From the IMG/VR virus record IMGVR_UViG_3300038379_000741, positions 12,941 to 76,940 of that record: a DNA stretch of 64,000 bases, one strand, 5' to 3'. The notes below the pieces were generated by a model. It made no database searches. It was not told where the DNA came from and worked only from the letters and a program-made list of their open reading frames with translations. Below, piece by piece: positions 52,100 to 62,136 of this stretch; within the stretch, counting starts at the first letter, position 1; the number at the start of each line of letters is the position of its first letter. A program made the position numbers and the translations under genes. The stretch is from a virus.

Positions 52100-53614
52100 A
52101 TGCCCGTCGAAGTCCTCCCCGACGCCCTGACCGTCCCCTCGAGGGACGATCTCGTCGCGCAGTACCTCGCGGACATGAACTTCCGCGCGCCCAACGTCGC
52201 GGTCGCGCAGGGCCAGCTCGCCAACCTCGACGCCAACCTCGACGCCGACATGGTGCTCCCGCTCTACGGCGAGAGTGTTCGCCAGGGCGAGGGAGTCGGG
52301 CTCGAGCAGCAGACGTTCGAGCAGCTCCAGGATACCGCCGAGAGCAAGGGTCTTCCCCGGCTCCTCAAGGCGGTGGGGGCGATCGGGTTCGTCATCGCGG
52401 ATGCGTCAGCCGGCGGCGCCTTCATCACGCAGGGCGACATCTGCAAGCACCCTCAGACGAACGCCCAGTACCAGTGCACCCTCTCCGGCCTCTACCTCCC
52501 GGGAGCCCCCGTCCCTGTCAGCGGCATCACGACGGGTCCGAGCACCGACCAGGACGCTGGCACCATCCTGGTCTGGGTCAACCCACCGTCGGGCCTGAAC
52601 CCCAACGCCGTCGTCTTCGAGAACAGCGACGGCACCGGGCTCAGTGGCGGCAAGGAGGACGAGACTCGCGAGGAGCTGATCGAGCGCATTCGGAACGCGA
52701 ACGCGTTCCCGGCCGCGAGCGGCAACGACGCCTCTTACCAGCAGGTCACGATGCAGACGCCGGGCTTGGGCGTCGAGGCCGTCTTCACGTACCCTTGCGC
52801 GCAAGGACCTGGCACCAGCTCGGTCGCCTTCCTCATTCGACCATCGGGGCCGGGAGGAACCCGGATCCCCAACGCCGCCCAGATCTCCCTCGCCCGCGCG
52901 TGGGTGACGGGTCAGATGCCCAAGGACGACTCGATTGCCTGGTGCACGATCGTGGTCTCCAACGTCGTGGTCGCGGTCAAGATCCGCTGGGCCCAGGGCG
53001 TAGCCCGCTGGCTCGACGGGGTCCCCTGGCCGCCCCTCCCCAGCGACCTCCTCGCCTACTACGTCGACTATGCCAGCAGCCCGGGTGGGACCGCCACCCC
53101 CACCGTCTTCGCCGTCAAGACGACGACTTCAGATGCCACGGTGGCCCCGCAGGTCGGCCAGACCATCGGCTTCTACGACCGGACGAACAACAAGTGGTTT
53201 CGCAAGCGCGTCGGGGCGGTCTCGGGCGCGAACCCCTGGACCATCACGGTCGACCAGACCAACGGGTCCAGCGACACGTCCTACACGCCGACCGACGGAG
53301 CGCTCCCGGCCCCCTGGAGCGACAGCCTCGGGCTCGTGAGCGACACCGTCCTCGACTACTTCGACAGCCTCGGGCCCGGCGAGCAGCTCGCCACCTTCTT
53401 CGATGAGGGTTACCGGCAGAAGCGCAGTCCGCCGTCGCCTCAGAGCTGGCCGTACACGGCGAGCAGCAAGATGACCCTCGGCGCCGAAGAGCTGAGCGCC
53501 GTCGAGAGTCTCCTCGTCGCCGCGCCAACCCTCCCGCTCGTCACCGCCATCGGCACGGTCGGGGTGAGCAGCAACCTCCTCGTCCTCGTCACCTTCGTGG
53601 CTTACGCGCTCTAA
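52100..53614 (+). CDS. Baseplate J-like protein (Mu gp47)
   Basis: SGGKEDETREELIER, ASGNDASY and AQGPGT motifs. Confidence 0.85.
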   Translation: MPVEVLPDALTVPSRDDLVAQYLADMNFRAPNVAVAQGQLANLDANLDADMVLPLYGESVRQGEGVGLEQQTFEQLQDTAESKGLPRLLKAVGAIGFVIADASAGGAFITQGDICKHPQTNAQYQCTLSGLYLPGAPVPVSGITTGPSTDQDAGTILVWVNPPSGLNPNAVVFENSDGTGLSGGKEDETREELIERIRNANAFPAASGNDASYQQVTMQTPGLGVEAVFTYPCAQGPGTSSVAFLIRPSGPGGTRIPNAAQISLARAWVTGQMPKDDSIAWCTIVVSNVVVAVKIRWAQGVARWLDGVPWPPLPSDLLAYYVDYASSPGGTATPTVFAVKTTTSDATVAPQVGQTIGFYDRTNNKWFRKRVGAVSGANPWTITVDQTNGSSDTSYTPTDGALPAPWSDSLGLVSDTVLDYFDSLGPGEQLATFFDEGYRQKRSPPSPQSWPYTASSKMTLGAEELSAVESLLVAAPTLPLVTAIGTVGVSSNLLVLVTFVAYAL

Positions 53615-54168
53615 TGCCGGCCGAGCCCTCCACCCGCGGGAACACACTGCGCGGCGACGTCCCCGTCACCTACGACGAGGTGCCGCCGTTCCGCCCCACC
53701 GTCGACGACATGGGTGGGGCCAAGAAGAAGAACGTCGAGCCGCCTCGAACGCCTCCCAACCCGGTCCGCTCTGTCACGGCCGAGGACTGGAACCAGGCGG
53801 TCCAGCAGGTCGAAGCCCTCGCCCGCGTCGCCCCGATCGCGATCCTGACCGTCCGGTGGACCGGCTTCACCCCAGTCATCGAGCAGGCGGCCGGCATGGG
53901 AGCCGCCGCCAAGAATCCCGCCACCTACACGGTGACCTCCACTGCGCCCTTCAGTGCCGACGTCAATGTCTCGTGGCCGGCCCGAACCTTCCCAGGCCGT
54001 GTCTGCCGACATGTCGCCCGCCTCGCCAGCTTGGTCTCTGGGACCATGACGGGCAGCATCACGACCGAGGCCTTCAACAACGGCGTGACGGTCCGACAAC
54101 TCGACGACACCGGCGGCTCCCCCACCTCGCCGTACGGTGACTTCGTCCTCTTCATCTACGGACAATAG
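53614..54168 (+). CDS. Baseplate/tail protein, paralog A (184 aa)
   Basis: Colinear with the next ORF. Confidence 0.6.
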   Translation: MPAEPSTRGNTLRGDVPVTYDEVPPFRPTVDDMGGAKKKNVEPPRTPPNPVRSVTAEDWNQAVQQVEALARVAPIAILTVRWTGFTPVIEQAAGMGAAAKNPATYTVTSTAPFSADVNVSWPARTFPGRVCRHVARLASLVSGTMTGSITTEAFNNGVTVRQLDDTGGSPTSPYGDFVLFIYGQ

Positions 54169-54648
54169 ATGCCCTCCTCGAACACGATCACGTACGACCA
54201 AAACCCCCCACACCGCCCCGGGACCGACGACGTCGGCGGAGCCGCGAAGGTGAACGCGCGCCGACCCCCGGACCCCCAACGGGCCCTTACCGCCGAGGAC
54301 ATCAACCAGCTCTCGAAGCAGATCGTCGAGATCGCCGGGGTATCGCCGGTCGCCATCTTGGTGGTCGTCAACACCGGGACGCCGACCATCGAGTCCGTGA
54401 CCGGCATGGGAAGCGCGGCCAAGAACCCGTCGACCTACACGCTCACGGACCTCGGCGTCGGTCACACTCGGATCTCTTGGCCGGCCAATACGTTCCCGGC
54501 CCGTATCGCTCGTCACACCGCCGACATCTCGGACACAACGGGCCAGATCGCGACCACGACGGGGGTCAACCAGGCCGAGGTCTACACCGAGGACGCGGGC
54601 GGCGGTGCGTCTGACAAGAGTTTCGTGCTCTTCATCATGGGTCAGTAG
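54169..54648 (+). CDS. Baseplate/tail protein, paralog B (159 aa)
   Basis: Shares TAED, AKNPxTY, SWPAxTFP and FVLFIxGQ with paralog A. Confidence 0.6.
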   Translation: MPSSNTITYDQNPPHRPGTDDVGGAAKVNARRPPDPQRALTAEDINQLSKQIVEIAGVSPVAILVVVNTGTPTIESVTGMGSAAKNPSTYTLTDLGVGHTRISWPANTFPARIARHTADISDTTGQIATTTGVNQAEVYTEDAGGGASDKSFVLFIMGQ

Positions 54649-55607
54649 TGGGGCAGTTCTCCGCCTTCACACCGTTCGGACTCTTCGACTTCTCGGACGA
54701 CCCCTCGCCCGCCGAGCTGTACTACGACTCCATGGTGGCCCAGCTCTCGCCGGCCTTCGACATGTCCGAGGGCACCTACATCGAGGCCAAGACGTTCGCG
54801 CGCGCGATCCTCCTCGGGTGCGCGCGAGCCCAGAACCAAGCGGCCAACAACCAGCGCATCCCGAGCCGCGTCCATGACAAGCTCCCCACCTGGGAGAAGG
54901 ACTACGGCATCGTCGTCGACCCTTCTTGGACCCCGGACACGCGCCGCGAGGTCCTCTCGGCCCGGGTCCTGCTCATGCACGGCTCGCGCGAGGAGGCCCT
55001 CTTCACCGAGCTGAGCGCCATACTCGGCACCGACCTCTACAAGATCCGGGCAACGCAGCCATCCGAGCGCGTCCTCTGGCCGTCGCCGGATCCGACCGGG
55101 ATCGGGACCTTTCCGGCCATGGACGCCCAGCTCGTCTTCGGCCGCATCCTCGACCCCGTCGCGGCCCCCGGCTCGGTCCAGGTCCGGTTCGAGGCGGTCG
55201 GCGACCTCTACCCGACCGTGGGGCAGAAGCTCTGTTTCGAGCCCGAGGTCAACGTCCTCACCGAGGCCGCCACCGTCACCGCCCTCGCGCGGTCGGTCGC
55301 CGGGCTCGAGAATCCCGACCTCCTCACCGCCACCTTCACGAAGGCCAAGGACGCCAACTCTTGGTTCGCGAGCGCGATGCCGCTCTGGCAGTCCTCGCAG
55401 CGCGTCCTCCAGATCATCGTCAAGCCCGCGGCCGCCGCGAACGTGGAGACCCGGCGCAAGGTCCACGAGGCCATGGCCAGGCATTGTAAGACCACTACCG
55501 AGTGGGAGATCATCGAGAGCGCCGACGGGGTCAACACCGGTCCCTGGATCGTCAACATCGCCTACGTGGGCTCCACTGCCATCGGGACCGTCCCGTTCGT
55601 GTTCTGA
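54648..55607 (+). CDS. Baseplate wedge protein (Mu gp48/YmfQ-like)
   Basis: LPTWEKDYGI...RREVLSAR motif. Confidence 0.7.
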   Translation: MGQFSAFTPFGLFDFSDDPSPAELYYDSMVAQLSPAFDMSEGTYIEAKTFARAILLGCARAQNQAANNQRIPSRVHDKLPTWEKDYGIVVDPSWTPDTRREVLSARVLLMHGSREEALFTELSAILGTDLYKIRATQPSERVLWPSPDPTGIGTFPAMDAQLVFGRILDPVAAPGSVQVRFEAVGDLYPTVGQKLCFEPEVNVLTEAATVTALARSVAGLENPDLLTATFTKAKDANSWFASAMPLWQSSQRVLQIIVKPAAAANVETRRKVHEAMARHCKTTTEWEIIESADGVNTGPWIVNIAYVGSTAIGTVPFVF

Positions 55608-55608
55608 C

Positions 55609-56871
55609 ATGCCCCACTTCCCCAAGGTCTGGCCGAACGGATTCAAGGACGGGATCACCACCGCCCAGGCCCACCAGCTCAAGAAGATCGACGACGCCCT
55701 CGCGAAGGCCGTCAACGGGGACGACGGCGGCCTCTGGGTCCCGGCCAAGCTCGAGGCTGACACTACCGCGTGGCGCCTCTACAAGGTCTCGGTCGTCTCC
55801 CAGGTCACGCCCTACACCGACGCCGACGGCGGCCAGAACGCCGTCTACCTCGTCGACTCGACCTCCAACGACCACCACAAGTTCTACCGGGACCTCCCCA
55901 CCTTCGTCTCCGGGCACAGGTACACGATCTCGACCTTCGCGAAGAAGAACACCGCCGTCCGGTACCTCTGGATGGCCAACGACCCGGGGACGACCCAGTA
56001 CGTCTTCTTCGACCTCCAGACGGGGACCGTCGGTGCCACGGGCGGCGGAGCGACCGGGACCATCACGTCCGCGGGGGGCGGTTGGTACTACTGCTCGGCG
56101 ACCATCCCGAACTGGACCGCGGCCCGGACCCACGTCGGAATGAGCACCGGCAACGGGACCTTCGCCTACGCCGGGACCGGCTTCCAGGGGATCCTGCTCT
56201 ACAAGGCGCTCGCCGACTTCGACTCCGGCACCGTCAAGGCGCGCCCGATCGTCGTCGGCGGGCTCGGCCTCCAACCCACCGTCGCCCCCACCAAGTGGCC
56301 GACCTTCGGCGAGGCGGGCGGCCAGCGCGTCTTCGTCCGCCGACTCGGCGCCCTCCCGGCTTCGCTCCTCCCCGGCCAGGCTCTCCCGACCTCCGGCGAC
56401 TTCATCGAGGGCCAGGGCCTCGGGCTCATGGGCGACCGACCCCTCCTGCTCCTCGACCTGCCCGAGGGCTCCTACCTGGCGAGCGTTACCGCCTACGTCA
56501 AGATCGCCACCATCCTGCGATCCCCTCTTCCGACCAACCTCCCAAAGATGAGCGTCCTTCGGACCGCGATCACGACTGGGTCCGAGTTGGAGCTGAGGGC
56601 GGCAGGGGCCTCCACATTCGTGGTCGGCGGGACCGGGATCCCGGACGCCTACGTCTCCCCACCAGCCAGCCCCAACGTTTACCCGACGACCGGGGGCCCC
56701 GGGGCCGTCCAAAAGTGGACGTACACGGCCGACCAGATCAACGCGGTCGACCGGACGACCTACTTCTACACGATCCGGATCCACGACGAGTCGGGAGGCA
56801 CCGCCATCGCGGGCAACACCTACCTCGGCTTCGAGCTGACCTTCCTGGCTCCCGAACTCCGAATTGCCTGA
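55609..56871 (+). CDS. Tail/fibre-associated protein, paralog A with inserted domain; contains the protospacer of spacer 3
   Basis: Colinear with 56884-57609 apart from a ~160-aa insertion. Confidence 0.7.
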   Translation: MPHFPKVWPNGFKDGITTAQAHQLKKIDDALAKAVNGDDGGLWVPAKLEADTTAWRLYKVSVVSQVTPYTDADGGQNAVYLVDSTSNDHHKFYRDLPTFVSGHRYTISTFAKKNTAVRYLWMANDPGTTQYVFFDLQTGTVGATGGGATGTITSAGGGWYYCSATIPNWTAARTHVGMSTGNGTFAYAGTGFQGILLYKALADFDSGTVKARPIVVGGLGLQPTVAPTKWPTFGEAGGQRVFVRRLGALPASLLPGQALPTSGDFIEGQGLGLMGDRPLLLLDLPEGSYLASVTAYVKIATILRSPLPTNLPKMSVLRTAITTGSELELRAAGASTFVVGGTGIPDAYVSPPASPNVYPTTGGPGAVQKWTYTADQINAVDRTTYFYTIRIHDESGGTAIAGNTYLGFELTFLAPELRIA

Positions 56872-56883
56872 GAGAGGACCCAC

Positions 56884-57609
56884 TTGGCGCACAACACGAA
56901 GGTATGGCCGGCCGGACTCACCGACGGGGTCAGCAAGATCCCGCACGGCGAGCTGGAGGCCATCGACACCAACCAGAGCAAGGCCATCAACGGCGACGAC
57001 GGCGGCGCGTGGTCGCCCTCCGCAGCCATCGTCATCACCGGGCAGGGGATTCAGCCGACCCTGACGGCGAGTCAATGGCCGAACTTCTTAGCCGACGTGG
57101 GCGCGAAGAGGACCGAGGTGCGCACGTCCGCCCTCACACCGGTCGCCCGCCTCTTCGTCGGGGGGCTCCTCACCTCCGGCAGCATCGTGCAAGGGCAGGC
57201 CGCTGGAACGGTCTGCACGACCTTGCTCCAGCTCCCCCACAACGCGACTCTCACGCAGGTCAAGGCCTACATCAAGGTCGGCTCCGGTCATAACCCCGGG
57301 CCCGGAGTCCCTGTCAACCTCCCCAACATGTCGATCCAGAGGCTCAACGCCGCGACCGGGGTCCTGACCGACTTCCTGAACGCCGCGGACCCGATCGCGT
57401 TCCCGACCCCGGGCTCCGAGGCGGCCTGGTACGCGGCGGGGGCGATCCAGTCCTGGACGTACACGTGCAACCAGAACAACGTCGTCGACCGGACCCTCTA
57501 CCACTTCCTCCTGGCCATCACGGACGAGACCGGCTCCAACAGCGTCGCCGGCAACCTCTACTACGGCTACGAGGCAACCTTCACCGTCCCGGACCTGCGA
57601 GTAGCCTGA
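56884..57609 (+). CDS. Tail/fibre-associated protein, paralog B
   Basis: KAINGDDGG, LPNMS and WTYT...VDRT shared with paralog A. Confidence 0.7.
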   Translation: MAHNTKVWPAGLTDGVSKIPHGELEAIDTNQSKAINGDDGGAWSPSAAIVITGQGIQPTLTASQWPNFLADVGAKRTEVRTSALTPVARLFVGGLLTSGSIVQGQAAGTVCTTLLQLPHNATLTQVKAYIKVGSGHNPGPGVPVNLPNMSIQRLNAATGVLTDFLNAADPIAFPTPGSEAAWYAAGAIQSWTYTCNQNNVVDRTLYHFLLAITDETGSNSVAGNLYYGYEATFTVPDLRVA

Positions 57610-57612
57610 CCC

Positions 57613-58011
57613 ATGGCGACCATCAGCTACAGTGAGACCCCGCAGATCAGCCAGGTCCGAACCACCGACGCGGTCGCGACCGACGTCCCCACCCTCTCCT
57701 GGGTGCCGGCCGACAAGACCAACGAGACCTACGTCATCGAGGCCAAGGCGATCCAGGAGAACGCCGCGAACCCCCTGGTCTGGTACCAGCTCCGGGTCAC
57801 GGTCGTCCGCTTCTCCGGCGGGTCGGCGGTCTTCCTCGACGGCTCCGACGGCGCCGCCGGCATCGTCATCCAGCACGGCGACACCGCCTGGTCGTGCACG
57901 ATGGTGACCGCGAGCGGCGGCGTCGTGAAGGTACAGGTCACGGGAGCGGCCGGTACCAACCTGAACTGGATCGTGAAGATCACGCGCCAGCTCTTCTCCT
58001 CGTTACCTTGA
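57613..58011 (+). CDS. Tail structural protein (132 aa)
   Basis: Beta-rich and located in the fibre operon. Confidence 0.6.
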   Translation: MATISYSETPQISQVRTTDAVATDVPTLSWVPADKTNETYVIEAKAIQENAANPLVWYQLRVTVVRFSGGSAVFLDGSDGAAGIVIQHGDTAWSCTMVTASGGVVKVQVTGAAGTNLNWIVKITRQLFSSLP

Positions 58012-58022
58012 GGTAGCCAAGC

Positions 58023-58559
58023 ATGCCGACAGCCCCCTACGCCAAGGTCCTGATGAGCTTCAACGGCGGAGGCCCGGTCACGGGCTTTCAGACGCCCCGC
58101 GCGTTCGCCGACACCGTCCAGCTCACGGGCGAGAGTCTCTCCGGGTGGCAGCAGGCCTACTGGGAGATCTTCGGCTACCCACCGGGTTGGGCGACCCCGT
58201 CCGGCTGGACCCTCCAGGCATCGGGGAGCATCACCTCCACCGACTTCACTCCGTCCCTCATCACACTCCCGACCAGCTCGGTCGGGGTCTTCGGGGCTTG
58301 GGGCGGGCGCCTCATCGTCAACAACGGACAGAAGAACGGCCAGGCCGGGCACATCGACATGCGGGATGAGACCTGGGGGTGGGAGATCCCGAGCCCGGCC
58401 CTGGGCCTGACCGAGTACTTCTCCCAGGAGGGCACGCAGCGCGACGCCTTCCGCGCCTGGACCAAGCCCTGGCAGGACTCCATGCGCCGGCTCGAGTCCG
58501 CCCTCGGCGGCGCCACCTCGAACGCAATCGCCCTCAAGATGGGCCTCTACATCCCGTAA
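58023..58559 (+). CDS. Tail structural protein (178 aa)
   Basis: Located in the fibre operon. Confidence 0.6.
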   Translation: MPTAPYAKVLMSFNGGGPVTGFQTPRAFADTVQLTGESLSGWQQAYWEIFGYPPGWATPSGWTLQASGSITSTDFTPSLITLPTSSVGVFGAWGGRLIVNNGQKNGQAGHIDMRDETWGWEIPSPALGLTEYFSQEGTQRDAFRAWTKPWQDSMRRLESALGGATSNAIALKMGLYIP

Positions 58560-58568
58560 GGAAAGATC

Positions 58569-59018
58569 ATGGCCGCCAACGCCCAGCCCCGATTCACCAA
58601 GCAAGCCAACGTCAGCGCCGTCAAGGTCACGGCCGCCAACACCTCGAGCGCCGGAGGCGGCACCGTCGGCACCGACATCTTCAAGGCCTTCACGGCGGAT
58701 GCCACCAACGGCTCCTTCGTCGAGAAGATCATGTGGATGCCGTGTTCGACCGCGGCCGCCACGGCCACGACGGCGACGACGGCGCGCGTCTTCCTCTCGT
58801 CAGTCGGTACGGGCGCGACCACGGACGCCAACACCCACCTCGTCGCCGAGATCTCGCTCCCGGCCCAGACCGCCGACCACTCCACCCAGGCCGTCAATCC
58901 TTTTCCACTCCCGCTCGGCATCAACGTCCCGGCCGGGTGGTTCATCCACGTCACCAACCACGTCGCTCCCGCGGCCAACACGTTCTGGAAGGCGACCGTC
59001 ATTGGCGGAGACTTCTGA
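58569..59018 (+). CDS. Tail structural protein (149 aa)
   Basis: Located in the fibre operon. Confidence 0.6.
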   Translation: MAANAQPRFTKQANVSAVKVTAANTSSAGGGTVGTDIFKAFTADATNGSFVEKIMWMPCSTAAATATTATTARVFLSSVGTGATTDANTHLVAEISLPAQTADHSTQAVNPFPLPLGINVPAGWFIHVTNHVAPAANTFWKATVIGGDF

Positions 59019-60010
59019 TGAGCGGGCAGGGCGACTCCATCAACATCCCCCGCCTCGGCAACGTCGAGGACGCCGTCGTCTTCACAGCGCGCGGCCTCAC
59101 ATCGGACACCGGGGACTGGCAGCATTGGCAGAAGCCCCGCAACGCCAAGATGGTATTCATCTTCTGCGTCAGCGGGGGAGGAGGTGGAGGGGGAGGCTTC
59201 TCAGCCGCCGCTGGCAACACGCGCGGAGGAGGCGGTGGAGGAGCGAGCGGCTCGGTCTCCCGCCTCATCATCCCCGCGTTCATGCTCCCCGACATCATCT
59301 GGGCACACCCCGGCCGAGGAGGCGCGGGTGGGGCTGCCGGAGTGGGTGGGTCCAACGCGAGCGAGAGCTACGTGGCCATCCAGCCCGACGGGGCGGGCTC
59401 GTCCGTCAACCTCATCGCCCGCGCCGGCCTCGGGTCGCCCGCGGGTGGCGGTGCCGGGACTGGTGGCGCGGCGGGGGCGGGCGGGACGGGAGGTGGGGCC
59501 GCCACCGCGACGACGGCCACCTACTTCGGTGCCGGGATCTTCCAGTCCAACAACGGCGCCGCCGGCTCGAGCGGCGGGTCCCAGAACGGGACCCCGGGCC
59601 AGACGGTCGGGCTCGGCTCCATCGGCATCAACTTCACGGGAGGTAGTGGAGGTGGGGGTACGGGTGCCGGCAACGGCGACAATGAGGGGGGAGCCATCCA
59701 GCTCGCCGGGCTGTCGAACGCCGACGTCCCGGGCGGAGTCGCCGCGGCCGGAGCCGGGAACCACGGCATTATGGTCGGGCTCGGTCCGGCCATCGCGCTC
59801 GCCGACCTGTCCGTCCTCGCCATGCTCAACAACTTCGGGCACGTCTTCTTCACGGGAGGCACGGGCGGCGGCACCGCCGGCACCGCCGGCACGGCTGGGC
59901 GCGGCGGAGACGGCTCCTACGGGTGCGGGGGTGGGGGTGGTGGCGGAGGCGTGACCGGCGGCGCAGGCGGCAACGGGGGCGACGGCCTCGTCATCATCGT
60001 GGCGTGGTGA
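59018..60010 (+). CDS. Glycine-rich tail fibre protein
   Basis: WQKPRNAKMVFIFCVSGGGGGGGG...GGNGGDGLVIIVAW glycine-rich domain. Confidence 0.75.
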   Translation: MSGQGDSINIPRLGNVEDAVVFTARGLTSDTGDWQHWQKPRNAKMVFIFCVSGGGGGGGGFSAAAGNTRGGGGGGASGSVSRLIIPAFMLPDIIWAHPGRGGAGGAAGVGGSNASESYVAIQPDGAGSSVNLIARAGLGSPAGGGAGTGGAAGAGGTGGGAATATTATYFGAGIFQSNNGAAGSSGGSQNGTPGQTVGLGSIGINFTGGSGGGGTGAGNGDNEGGAIQLAGLSNADVPGGVAAAGAGNHGIMVGLGPAIALADLSVLAMLNNFGHVFFTGGTGGGTAGTAGTAGRGGDGSYGCGGGGGGGGVTGGAGGNGGDGLVIIVAW

Positions 60011-60020
60011 GGAGGAGACC

Positions 60021-60401
60021 TTGAGAGAGCCGCTCTGGGACAACCTACTCCTCCGCGAGGGTGAGGACTACAACAAGGTCTGGATCATCAACGACGACGA
60101 CGGCGAGCCCATCGACTTCTCGGTGGGAGGTTACAGCTTCGCCCTCATGATCCGGAACGACTCCGGCTCTGACGAGCCACCGGCCGTCAGCCTTACCTCG
60201 ACCCCCCCGAACGGAATCGCGCTCGGGGCTGACGGCAGCGTGACGGTCACGATTTCGAGAGCCACGATCGCCACCGCCATCGCGTCCGGATGGGACCAGC
60301 GGCCGCGGGGAGTCTTCAGCGCCGTCATGACCGACCCGGGAAACAAGACCGCCACCGAGGTCGAGGGCCCGGTCCGGATCAGGAGGATGCCGACCCGATG
60401 A
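60021..60401 (+). CDS. BppU-like/LtfC-like baseplate or fibre adaptor
   Basis: REGEDY...PIDFS...FALMIR...VEGPVRI pattern. Confidence 0.55.
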   Translation: MREPLWDNLLLREGEDYNKVWIINDDDGEPIDFSVGGYSFALMIRNDSGSDEPPAVSLTSTPPNGIALGADGSVTVTISRATIATAIASGWDQRPRGVFSAVMTDPGNKTATEVEGPVRIRRMPTR

Positions 60402-61909
60402 CGCAAGGATTCTCACCGCCTCCGGACAGCCCGTCCTCGATCCGCGGATACTCGGGCCTCAACGCCGACTACCTGGCGTGGCTGGCCAAGCGCGCACCGC
60501 CCGCCGCGACGCAGTCGTCGACCGCGCTCGTCATCGACCCCGTCAACGGGAAGGACAACCAGTCTGGGTTCACGGCGGCGTCGGCGATCAAGACGAACGC
60601 GGAGGCCAACAAGCGCCTCGCCGGCTACTCGATCGACCACAACGTCACGGTCACGTGGACCAGCTACCCGGCGATCTCGACCGACCCCCTCCGCCTCGAC
60701 CTCAACGTCGTCAAGGGTTCGTCGTCGTCCCCGCTCGTCACCTTCCAGGGACCGGCCCTCACCCAGCTCCTCTCCGGCACTGTGGCGGCGACGACGCCCC
60801 GCAATCGGGCCACCAACACCCCGAACCAGATCACCCAGGCCAGCCTCGCGGCCGCGCACGTCAGCCTCCGGGGTCGCGTTACAGGCGGATCACGCGTGAA
60901 CTCCCGCTTCTGGTTCGCCAAGGACCTCGGTGGCGGTGCGCTCCGGATCTCGGAGCCCGCCATCGCCGATCTCACACCGTCGACCGGGCAGTTCCTCACC
61001 CCGACAGTCCTCCAGAACGGCGACCCGTTCGAGGTCCTTCAGTCGACTGGGACCATGATGGTCGATTACGTGAACGTCATCTCTTCGGGAGGGTTCTACG
61101 GAGGCTCGCAACCGCTCGTCTACTTCCTGGACCTCGACCTCGCACCCTGGACCGCGGCCTCCGCGGTCCCGTTCTTCAACCGTGCCTGCGCGATCGACAT
61201 GCACAATTGCCGGTTCACGAATGTCTTCCCAGGCCTCGTCGGCGGCGGGACGGGCGGCTTCGACTTCCGCTCGGAATCGTCGGCCGCGAACGCTCAGACC
61301 TGGACGTCGCTGCTCAATTGCTGCGCGCTCAACAAGGCCGTGGTGTTCTCGGGGTACCGCGCCATCGCCGACAGCGTTGACGCCGGCCTGTACACTCAGG
61401 TGTTCGCTGGCGGGTCCAACTATCTCTCGATCCTCAACGATGTTCTATTCCAGGACCCAATCTCTGGCGGGACCCTCGCCGCTGCCATCGGAGCGATCGA
61501 CGGAGGCACCCTCCTCGTCGACGCCGTGGGCATCATGGACCACCGCGTTACCTCCTTCTCCGGAATGATCGTCCGAGACGGGGGCCGCCTCATCTTCACG
61601 CCTAGCTTCTACGGCCTCGGCGGGTACGGGTGGGGGACGTCGGCGTCGGCCGTCTATGGCATGGAGGTCTCCGACGACGGGACCATGCGCTACCGCAATG
61701 CCGCGCTGCTATCGGTCACGGGTGCGTCCGGCGACTTCCGTGTGGGCGCCCGCACCAGCGTCGAGCCGTTCGACCTCGCGACCCGCACCTACCTGGCCGC
61801 CGTCGCGTGCACGTGGGCGAACCTCGCCGCCAGCGCCACCAGCAAGGACAACCTCCACGACGTCACCCACAACGCTCGCGTCTACAAGTCGACGGCGCAG
61901 CACTTCTGA
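60398..61909 (+). CDS. Tail spike / receptor-binding protein candidate 1 (503 aa)
   Basis: IDPVNGKDNQSG...AIKT N-terminal motif and a beta-helix-like C-terminus. Confidence 0.6.
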   Translation: MTQGFSPPPDSPSSIRGYSGLNADYLAWLAKRAPPAATQSSTALVIDPVNGKDNQSGFTAASAIKTNAEANKRLAGYSIDHNVTVTWTSYPAISTDPLRLDLNVVKGSSSSPLVTFQGPALTQLLSGTVAATTPRNRATNTPNQITQASLAAAHVSLRGRVTGGSRVNSRFWFAKDLGGGALRISEPAIADLTPSTGQFLTPTVLQNGDPFEVLQSTGTMMVDYVNVISSGGFYGGSQPLVYFLDLDLAPWTAASAVPFFNRACAIDMHNCRFTNVFPGLVGGGTGGFDFRSESSAANAQTWTSLLNCCALNKAVVFSGYRAIADSVDAGLYTQVFAGGSNYLSILNDVLFQDPISGGTLAAAIGAIDGGTLLVDAVGIMDHRVTSFSGMIVRDGGRLIFTPSFYGLGGYGWGTSASAVYGMEVSDDGTMRYRNAALLSVTGASGDFRVGARTSVEPFDLATRTYLAAVACTWANLAASATSKDNLHDVTHNARVYKSTAQHF

Positions 61910-61918
61910 GAGGACCAC

Positions 61919-62131
61919 ATGGGATTCGTCAAGTACGCGGATCAGTGGCACGAGGTCGACGAGTCGGCTCCCGCGCCGCCCGACCCCGCCCCAACTCCTC
62001 TCACCAGAGGCATTCGCCGGCCGCAGGTCACGACCTTGTGCTGCAAGAAGCAGGTCCTCAAGACTGTAGACCCGAGTACGGGGATGCCCTGGGCTGCGCC
62101 GATTGACGACTCGCCCCTCTGCTCGGGCTAG
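61919..62131 (+). CDS. Small hypothetical protein (70 aa)
   Basis: GAGG RBS, located between the spike genes. Confidence 0.4.
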   Translation: MGFVKYADQWHEVDESAPAPPDPAPTPLTRGIRRPQVTTLCCKKQVLKTVDPSTGMPWAAPIDDSPLCSG

Positions 62132-62136
62132 GTGGG

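Noticed and set aside
55512-55523. 12-nt match (ATCGAGAGCGCC) to the distal part of spacer 3, which could suggest a chimeric spacer
   Set aside because: Intriguing because it is 1.2 kb from the main hit, but 12 nt is not distinguishable from chance.
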